From: an uncultured Acidobacteriaceae bacterium
Lineage (GTDB): Bacteria > Acidobacteriota > Terriglobia > Terriglobales > Acidobacteriaceae
Assembly (NCBI GenBank): GCA_963813475.1
Contig: CAWEZM010000024.1
Span: 10,415-74,414, forward strand
Direction of reading: 5' to 3'
Length of the DNA stretch: 64,000 bases
Below the pieces are notes generated by a model. That model was not told the origin of the DNA. It made no database searches and saw only the letters and a list, made by a program, of their open reading frames with translations. Positions 57,991 through 64,000 of the stretch are shown piece after piece. Every line of letters begins with the position of its first letter. The stretch's first letter is position 1. Made by a program: the position numbers and the translations under genes.

Positions 57991-58028
57991 CAACAAGAAA
58001 AGCGGCTCCTCCTAAAAGGAAGAGCCGC
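57991..58028 (-). terminator. Rho-independent terminator after the giant lipoprotein gene
   Basis: On the minus strand, GCGGCTCTTCC-TTTTA-GGAGGAGCCGC (11-bp stem with 1 mismatch) followed by TTTTCTTGTTG. It lies between convergent genes. Confidence 0.7.
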
Positions 58029-58050
58029 GGGTGATTGCAGGTTGTGTTGG

Positions 58051-61000
58051 CTAGAAGGCTGGGCCTACCGAAACGCCGGCGGAAGCCGTCTTGTTCAGCC
58101 AGATTTGGTATTCGTTGTTCTCCATTTGAGGCGTGATGGGTTGAGCCGCCAGGACGGAGTTGGTGGAGTAGTCAGCGGGTGAGGCAGGGAAGGATTGGTC
58201 CTTGCGATAGCCCGACTGGGAGCAAGAGGAGTTCCAGCAGGTCCATCCGATGAGGTTGTCGTGCATGGTGTTGTTGTACATGCTCGGGTTGGCGACGCTG
58301 GCGCCGTTGACATCGCCGTTAGCCATGCCCACGTATTGCGCAGCGATCCTGGTGCCATCGGCCAGCCGTCCGCTGGAGATGACACGATTGTTAGCGGCTA
58401 TGTTGTCGTGCCCGGCGGTGAACGCGATGCCATAGTTCACGGTGCCGACCACCTGGTTGTCGTGGATGTTGTTGAAGGCCGTGGCATCCTGCGCGCTGTC
58501 GTCGGGGCTGCCTTCGGTTTTGATTCCGCCGCCTTGATAATCAGCCTGTGCAGCCGTGTAGGGATAGGCACCCTGAATGTAGGTGTCGTGGATTTCGAGT
58601 GGTTGGTTGGGCGTTCCACTGGAGCGCTTGACGTCGATGTTATCGGCCACCAGGCTACGGCCGGGATAGTTGATGACTTCATTCCATCCCACGTCGATGC
58701 CGGGCACAGATTGCACCTTATCCAACTGGATAAAGTCTGACACGCTGCGGTTAGAGCCGACTCCAGGCAAATAACCGCCGTTGCCATCGCTGAGCAGGCC
58801 ATTGAGGTTGCGTGCCCGGTTGGCACGGATCACGATGGTCTGTTGTCCGTCCCGATTGCCGGAATAACCGTGCACCAGTACCCCACCGCCCGCATTCTCA
58901 ACGTAGTTGTTCTCTACATCGAGCCGCGCCGGGGAGGAGGCATCGAGGAAGACGCCGTTAGCTTGGCCCTTCACCGCTGGGTTCACCGCGAGACCGACAC
59001 TATTGCGGACGGTTACATCAGCGCCTGCAACGCTGGTCTTGATCAAGCCCGCGACACTGCTGATGTGCGAGCTCTCGATGACCACGGGAGCGGTGGTCGC
59101 CACCGTGACGGCCGGTGTCTTGCTGTCCGTGCTGCGCCAGTTTCCAGAGTAGGTGCCGGCTTCGCTGATGACGATGGGACCGCTCCAGTCCACTTGGCCG
59201 ATGGTGCTGACCGCGGGCACCGAGGCCTGGTGTCCCTGGTAGCTACCAGTGATGGTTGCTTTTCCGGTAGCCAGTCCTGAAAGCAGCCCGGAGGAGGTTG
59301 CGGTGATGGTGCGTGTGTCCGACGACGCCCAGGCGAAGTTTGCCGTGACGTCTTTGGTGGAACCATCGCTGAAGGTCGCGACGGCCTTCAACTGGGTGGT
59401 GCTGCCAATGGCGACTGTTGCTTGCGCAGGAACGACGGCTACGGAAGTCAACTCCGCTGCCGCCGCGGCTCCGTTGGCGCCCGCAGCTTCTGCAGGTGCA
59501 ATCGTTTCCGTTCCGGTTACTGCCGAGCTGACCTTCGCGGCAGGCTGGACGGCCGTCGCAGCGGCGCTATAGGTAGCACTGACGACCGCACTGGGAACAT
59601 AGCCTCCTCCACCGCTAGAAACAGGAACATAAGAATAAGGCTGATTAGGCGCTCCCCACATGCCTAGGCATTTAACCGTACCGCTGCCCGCTGTGCTAAT
59701 CGTGCCTACGGTCTGCGATGCCGCTCCGGCCCAATAAGGTAGCGCGGTGTTGCCTGCAGAAGCTGCCGCGCCACCGGCAACAGGGGTAGATCCATCCGTG
59801 GTGCACCAGAACGTCGTATTCGAGTCTCGTCCCGGATTGGAGCCGTTGGGAGTGGAAACATTCGTATTCGTAATAGTTACTGTGTTACCAGAGGCCGAGA
59901 GCACCGGTGCCACGCTGGTGATGGTGCCGTTCGAGCTTTGGTTGAAGCTGCCGGGGCAAGTGGGGGTGGTGTACGGGCTCCCGTTCACATTCGCATAGAG
60001 TAAACCACATGCTGAATCTGTACCGCCGTTGCCATTGACTGCGGCCGCCATAACTGTATCGTTGGCAAAGGTGTAGTTGCCGTTCGGGTCCCACTGCAGG
60101 CTGATGTACGCATAGTTCCCGGACCAGAAGTTGCCATTGGCGGTACTTCCACTTCCGGCCCAGAACTCGTAGCCCGCATCACCGGCGCCCTCGGTTGGAG
60201 TATCAGCTACAGTTACGTTATAGTCAACGTGGCTGACGCAGTTGGTCTCATTTGCATTGTTGAAGTTATAGGCACAGCCGTCTGCTTGTGAAATGTCGTA
60301 GTCCTGCTGCTTCGGCTGCAGCATGTTGTGGAAGCTGTTGTATTGGGTATACTCCAGAACGGGCTCGCTCGGGCCGCCCCAGTTGATCTGCATCTCAACT
60401 GCGATACGATCATACTGCTGAAAGTCGTTGTAGTTAAAAATGCAATTATTGCAATAACCAGCGGAGTTACCCGCCTCATACATTTCAAAAAACTTTAGCT
60501 CATCGTCTCCGGTCTGAAACCTGTTGTTTGAGACGTTGAGGTTAGTGAAAGCGCCCTGCATCGCAACGCCGTCGCAGGTACCTCCTCCGCCTTCGGTATT
60601 TTCGTTTTGCGACCACACTGTGGCGGGCCCGCAATCACCAGGAGCGGCCAGAATGTTCCACGTGATGTTGATGTTGCTATCGACGGGGTAACCGCTTGGG
60701 AATGTGCAGCAGCCTGGTTGACTACCGTGGGGGGGCAGGTAAACTAGAGTTGAATGAACATCAGCACATAAGTAACCGCAGTAGTTCCCGTGGATATAGT
60801 TGTTCGTAATGGTAAGATTCTGCGTGCCGGGAGTGACGTAGATAAAGTTGCCGCCCCCCACGCCGCAGGGAACCGAGCCATTGTTTTGGTCAAGACAGCC
60901 GCTACCACCGGGATTAAGATTGCCGTTGTTTGGCCGCCCCCCATTCCACTCTAGATACTGGATCGTTTGAGACGCGCTGCAGCCGGCAGTTGTTACTATA

Positions 61001-62142
61001 GGCCCAAATTGACCGACACCGAACGATCCGTTGATGATAGCGGTCTGGTTGTGTGTCTGCGAGTAAGGCACGACCGGCCCACTTAGCGACACGCCGCAAG
61101 GCAAAGTTAACGTGCTGCCGATGCTGTAAGTGCCTGCAGCGAGCACCACCGTGTTTCCGCTTCCGCAGGAATTCAGGGTTGACTGTATTGTTGCCTGGCT
61201 TGCACCCGAAGGTATTGGGCAGGTCTTCCCTTGGATCGGATTGTTGGATGAACCCACGACGAGAGTATTCTTTGCCGTGGCAGAGGCGTAGTCGGTGGTA
61301 TCGGTCGGAGTAAACGTGGCGGTCAGTTGCAGAGTGCCGGCGGCGGGAACGTTGCCTGCGGCAGGATTGTAAACAAACGCGCCCGGCACGTTCGCAGTAG
61401 CGTCCAGCTGCGTAGCGCTTAGGGCTGTCCCTGTCGCGATGGGCGCGAGCGCAGCCCAGGTGATAGCTGGAGTGGCTTGATTGACGGTGAGCTGCACGGT
61501 GGCTGTGGCAGCAGAATAAGTACTGCTACCGCTCGGCGTGAAGACGGCGGAAAGTGTCTGTGTTCCTGCTTTGAGCACGGTGCCTGCCGCCGGCGTGTAA
61601 GTGAAGGTTCCGGCGACGTTGGCGGTTGCGTTCAACTGCGTGCTGCTCAATGCTGTGCCATAGGAGATGGCCGCGGGCTTGGCCCAGGTGATGGCCGGAG
61701 TGTTGGTGGAAGCCGACGAGGTGATCGTTAGCTGGGTGGAAGCGCTCAGATTCTGTGGTGTGGTGCTGGCCGACGACGGCGATGTGCCCGCCGGCGTTGC
61801 CTCTACATAAGCCGCCTGCACCATCACCGTGCCCGCCGCTTTGGCGGTGACTGCCCCGTTGGCCAACGTAGCCAGAGCGGGGTTCGATAGAGTCCACTGG
61901 GTACTGGAGGTTACATCCTGGGTCGTACCATCGCTCAGATGGGCCATTGCCTTCAACACGGACGAGCCGCCTACGCTAACAGTGGAGGGGGTGGCGGTCA
62001 CGGTCAGGGAAGCCAGGTTCTGGGACGAGGGGTTACTGCACCCGGCGATCAAAATCACTAACACACACAGGAGGCCGGAACACACCTGTGGAAAAGGGCT
62101 AACACGCATTAGGAGCCTCGTGGAGTCTGAATTTCGAAGCAC
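58051..62142 (-). CDS. Giant (1363 aa) surface lipoprotein: Big_2 + two MBG-type repeats + beta-helix module + Big_2 + second beta-helix module
   Basis: Lipobox VILIAGCSN. Big_2-like LTVTATPSTVSVGGSSVLKAMAHLSDGTTQDVTSSTQWTLSN. Two tandem 75-aa repeats (ITWA.P..I.YGTALS.TQL.ATANV.G.F.Y.PAAG.., nt 61255-61701). Gly/Asn-rich parallel-beta-helix-like blocks. A second Big_2, VAVVPAQATVAIGSTTQLKAVATFSDGSTKDVT. Function unknown. Confidence 0.7.
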   Translation of the reverse strand: MLRNSDSTRLLMRVSPFPQVCSGLLCVLVILIAGCSNPSSQNLASLTVTATPSTVSVGGSSVLKAMAHLSDGTTQDVTSSTQWTLSNPALATLANGAVTAKAAGTVMVQAAYVEATPAGTSPSSASTTPQNLSASTQLTITSSASTNTPAITWAKPAAISYGTALSSTQLNATANVAGTFTYTPAAGTVLKAGTQTLSAVFTPSGSSTYSAATATVQLTVNQATPAITWAALAPIATGTALSATQLDATANVPGAFVYNPAAGNVPAAGTLQLTATFTPTDTTDYASATAKNTLVVGSSNNPIQGKTCPIPSGASQATIQSTLNSCGSGNTVVLAAGTYSIGSTLTLPCGVSLSGPVVPYSQTHNQTAIINGSFGVGQFGPIVTTAGCSASQTIQYLEWNGGRPNNGNLNPGGSGCLDQNNGSVPCGVGGGNFIYVTPGTQNLTITNNYIHGNYCGYLCADVHSTLVYLPPHGSQPGCCTFPSGYPVDSNINITWNILAAPGDCGPATVWSQNENTEGGGGTCDGVAMQGAFTNLNVSNNRFQTGDDELKFFEMYEAGNSAGYCNNCIFNYNDFQQYDRIAVEMQINWGGPSEPVLEYTQYNSFHNMLQPKQQDYDISQADGCAYNFNNANETNCVSHVDYNVTVADTPTEGAGDAGYEFWAGSGSTANGNFWSGNYAYISLQWDPNGNYTFANDTVMAAAVNGNGGTDSACGLLYANVNGSPYTTPTCPGSFNQSSNGTITSVAPVLSASGNTVTITNTNVSTPNGSNPGRDSNTTFWCTTDGSTPVAGGAAASAGNTALPYWAGAASQTVGTISTAGSGTVKCLGMWGAPNQPYSYVPVSSGGGGYVPSAVVSATYSAAATAVQPAAKVSSAVTGTETIAPAEAAGANGAAAAAELTSVAVVPAQATVAIGSTTQLKAVATFSDGSTKDVTANFAWASSDTRTITATSSGLLSGLATGKATITGSYQGHQASVPAVSTIGQVDWSGPIVISEAGTYSGNWRSTDSKTPAVTVATTAPVVIESSHISSVAGLIKTSVAGADVTVRNSVGLAVNPAVKGQANGVFLDASSPARLDVENNYVENAGGGVLVHGYSGNRDGQQTIVIRANRARNLNGLLSDGNGGYLPGVGSNRSVSDFIQLDKVQSVPGIDVGWNEVINYPGRSLVADNIDVKRSSGTPNQPLEIHDTYIQGAYPYTAAQADYQGGGIKTEGSPDDSAQDATAFNNIHDNQVVGTVNYGIAFTAGHDNIAANNRVISSGRLADGTRIAAQYVGMANGDVNGASVANPSMYNNTMHDNLIGWTCWNSSCSQSGYRKDQSFPASPADYSTNSVLAAQPITPQMENNEYQIWLNKTASAGVSVGPAF

Positions 62143-62668
62143 CGCGGCCTGGGGATGAAGGCCATTTCAAGGGCACGAACGACCGAGCGCGTCCTTGAGA
62201 CACGTTGTGCCGCCGGCGAATTTTGCTGTCCTATGGTTGTTACTTTCGCGGATGTCCCAAATTGGGGCAATCACACCGACTGGCCATTACGTTAGTTTTC
62301 TAAATTGCTGATTGCAAAGGCTTTGAGGTGAATTTTTTGCTCGCCAGCTGAGTATTTTGGGGCGCTGCCATGTGGAATTTTCATTACTTTTGGATGAGCC
62401 CAGCCTCAGACTTGTATTGCATGCGGAATACGGAGTCTGGCTGTGGCAAAAGGTAGGAAACCGGCCAGACAAAGATGCCCCGATTCGCATGGAAGCTTTC
62501 TAGCGAAGAGATCAACAGGGATTGATCGAGGGCAGGCGCGGAGCGGCTCGTCGAAGTACTTGGGCGGGGTCGGCTGGGAGGGAGGGAGGCGTAGAGGAGA
62601 CTGCCGGCTGTGTACTGCTCCGTAACCGTGAGGTTGGAAGCGCACACAGCCGACGTCGTAATCGGGTT

Positions 62669-63061
62669 CTAGGCAAGGACAGGTACAGTGATTTCCTGGC
62701 CAACCTGGATCTTGTTTGGATCAGCGATATTGCTGGCGGCGGCGATGTTGGAATAGTGATTGGGCGAACCGTAGAAACGATTGCTTATCTTGGATAGATT
62801 GTCCCCGCTCTTCACGCTGTAGCTTTGGTTGGGGCCGCCGGTGGTTGCGATTTCGTGGTGCAGGTCGGAGTATGTCGGGTCCACCTGTTTAATTACATCC
62901 CACACGCGATTGGCAATCACTTCTGAGGGCACCGAACCCTTTAGGTATAGCTTTTCTCCGTCCAGGCTAACCGAGTCCACCTTCGCGCCTAAGTCGCTGA
63001 ATCCCTCAATCGTCTGGATCACGGGCGAATACTTCTGTTTCAACTGATCGAGATCTGCCAT
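62669..63061 (-). CDS. BON + LysM domain protein (Kbp/YgaU-like)
   Basis: BON-like VDSVSLDGEKLYLKGSVPSEVIANRVWDVIKQV, then LysM YSVKSGDNLSKISNRFYGSPNHYSNIAAASNIADPNKIQVGQEITVP. Confidence 0.75.
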   Translation of the reverse strand: MADLDQLKQKYSPVIQTIEGFSDLGAKVDSVSLDGEKLYLKGSVPSEVIANRVWDVIKQVDPTYSDLHHEIATTGGPNQSYSVKSGDNLSKISNRFYGSPNHYSNIAAASNIADPNKIQVGQEITVPVLA

Positions 63062-63405
63062 AACGTTTTCTCCTTGTTTAGTAGCGGTTGAATTGTATCC
63101 ACAACGTAGTCAATTGAAAATGTTCAGCCGGCGTGCTGGTCAGCGATTTTCTTGGGAGTTGGGCCGGTTGTGAGGCCACGTGCCGGGCAGGCTCACTGTG
63201 GAGTTGAAGGCCTGATTGCGAAAGTCTTGACGGTCAGAAGCTACTGCCAATCCCGAGGATTATCGCACCGTGGCCTGATCCACGTCTATGAAGTGCAAGT
63301 TAAACTCGGAGGCCGTGCTCGATTTCTCCGGGCCCGGGATCGGTAACCGGGGCCGAGTACCCAAATCTGCAATTCAATTCAACCCAAAAGTTTTAGTATC
63401 GGGAA

Positions 63406-64000
63406 ATGCAAGCCAAGGTTGTAGCGACACTTCTCAATGACCAAGGCGAACGATTTCCAAACCGCCGTTCTCGGTTTTCGGTTTTTCTGTTTCACTTGCG
63501 ACGCTGCTTAGCTGTGGCAACGATCGCAAAGGGAATTGCCATTTTCCTAGTCACAAGCTGCGCTCTAGCGCATGCGTCTACATACCGGGTCAGTCCCGAA
63601 CAGAGCTATTCGGCGATTCAACGTGTGATCTCTTCGGCCTCGCCGGGGGATACGATTTCGTTCTCCGCCGGAAAATACAACGCCTCATCGGGCTTTGAGC
63701 TCAAATGTGGGGTAACTTACACCGGGCCGGTGGCGACACCCCCGACCGCGGTATTTTCAGCAAGCTTTACCAGAGGCAGCAAAGACATTTTCAATCTGGC
63801 TCCTGGATGCAAGTCTCCTACCACGATTCAATACCTGTGGTTCCAGAACGCCGGCGGAATTTTCGTCATAACAACAAACGCAAATTTGACGATCACACGC
63901 AATCTGTTTACCGGCCTGCCATGCTGCGCAAGCCAGGCACATAGCCCCGCACTCTACTTTGACGGTGGTAGAAACCCCAAGGATCCAACTGCTCAGATCC
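63406..64000 (+). CDS. 5' part of a secreted right-handed beta-helix (pectin-lyase-fold-like) protein; runs off the window
   Basis: Hand translation of frame 1: an in-frame stop at 63394-63396, ATG at 63406, then no stop to nt 64000. Signal-like CLAVATIAKGIAIFLVTSCALAHA, then YRVSPEQSYSAIQRVISSASPGDTISFSAGKY. It is absent from the supplied ORF track because it has no stop in the window. The start could instead be TTG 63496. Confidence 0.55.
   Translation, partial: MQAKVVATLLNDQGERFPNRRSRFSVFLFHLRRCLAVATIAKGIAIFLVTSCALAHASTYRVSPEQSYSAIQRVISSASPGDTISFSAGKYNASSGFELKCGVTYTGPVATPPTAVFSASFTRGSKDIFNLAPGCKSPTTIQYLWFQNAGGIFVITTNANLTITRNLFTGLPCCASQAHSPALYFDGGRNPKDPTAQI

Noticed and set aside
62597-62651. 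9-bp inverted repeat CGGCTGTGT / ACACAGCCG downstream of the BON/LysM gene, as a terminator
   Set aside because: The 37-nt loop and the lack of a T-tract make a functional intrinsic terminator doubtful.

Overview
This is a GC-rich bacterial chromosomal segment (roughly 55-60 % GC by eye). Gene content and the intergenic repeat families suggest a soil Acidobacteria-type genome, but that is inference only. All product calls rest on motifs I recognise in the translated ORFs; no searches were run.

Layout:
(i) 1-20.4 kb is an exopolysaccharide/capsule locus. It holds a BY-kinase-like domain, a Wza-like exporter, a Wzy-like membrane protein, one GT2 and four GT4 glycosyltransferases, a priming sugar-phosphate transferase, an XRE regulator, a GH78-like glycosidase, an SDR epimerase, a GT26, an ExeA-like ATPase with a LysM tail, and a FemAB/CelD-like acyltransferase.
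(ii) 21-25.4 kb holds a 1-Cys peroxiredoxin and a TetR-centred divergent module (methyltransferase-like protein, two membrane proteins).
(iii) 25.7-41.5 kb is a two-operon amine/polyamine catabolic island. It combines a Pot-like ABC importer, a Tat-signal FAD amine dehydrogenase, three class-III aminotransferases, two aldehyde dehydrogenases including gabT/gabD, a GNAT and a SolA-like amine oxidase.
(iv) 41.9-47.5 kb holds a Rieske oxygenase, a TetR regulator, an APC permease, a CrtI-like oxidoreductase and hslR.
(v) 47.5-51.1 kb holds an L-rhamnose isomerase and a bifunctional rhamnulose-1-P aldolase/SDR.
(vi) 51.8-64 kb holds secreted enzymes (multicopper oxidase, phosphoesterase, GH30), a 1363-aa beta-helix lipoprotein, a BON/LysM protein and a second, partial beta-helix protein.

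I recognised no rRNA, tRNA, CRISPR array, transposase, integrase or phage genes, and I found no convincing defence system or clearly novel multi-gene system.

The most unusual signals are:
- Two ~410-480-bp near-perfect palindromic elements, plus other repeat families, sitting between convergent genes or just after stop codons.
- Seven disrupted reading frames (six frameshifts, one in-frame TAA). These are either assembly indels or real gene decay.
- A BY-kinase-like domain that lacks its catalytic motifs.
- A periplasmic (Tat) amine dehydrogenase encoded in the same operon as an importer.
- Four co-oriented exact DnaA-box 9-mers in the EPS locus.
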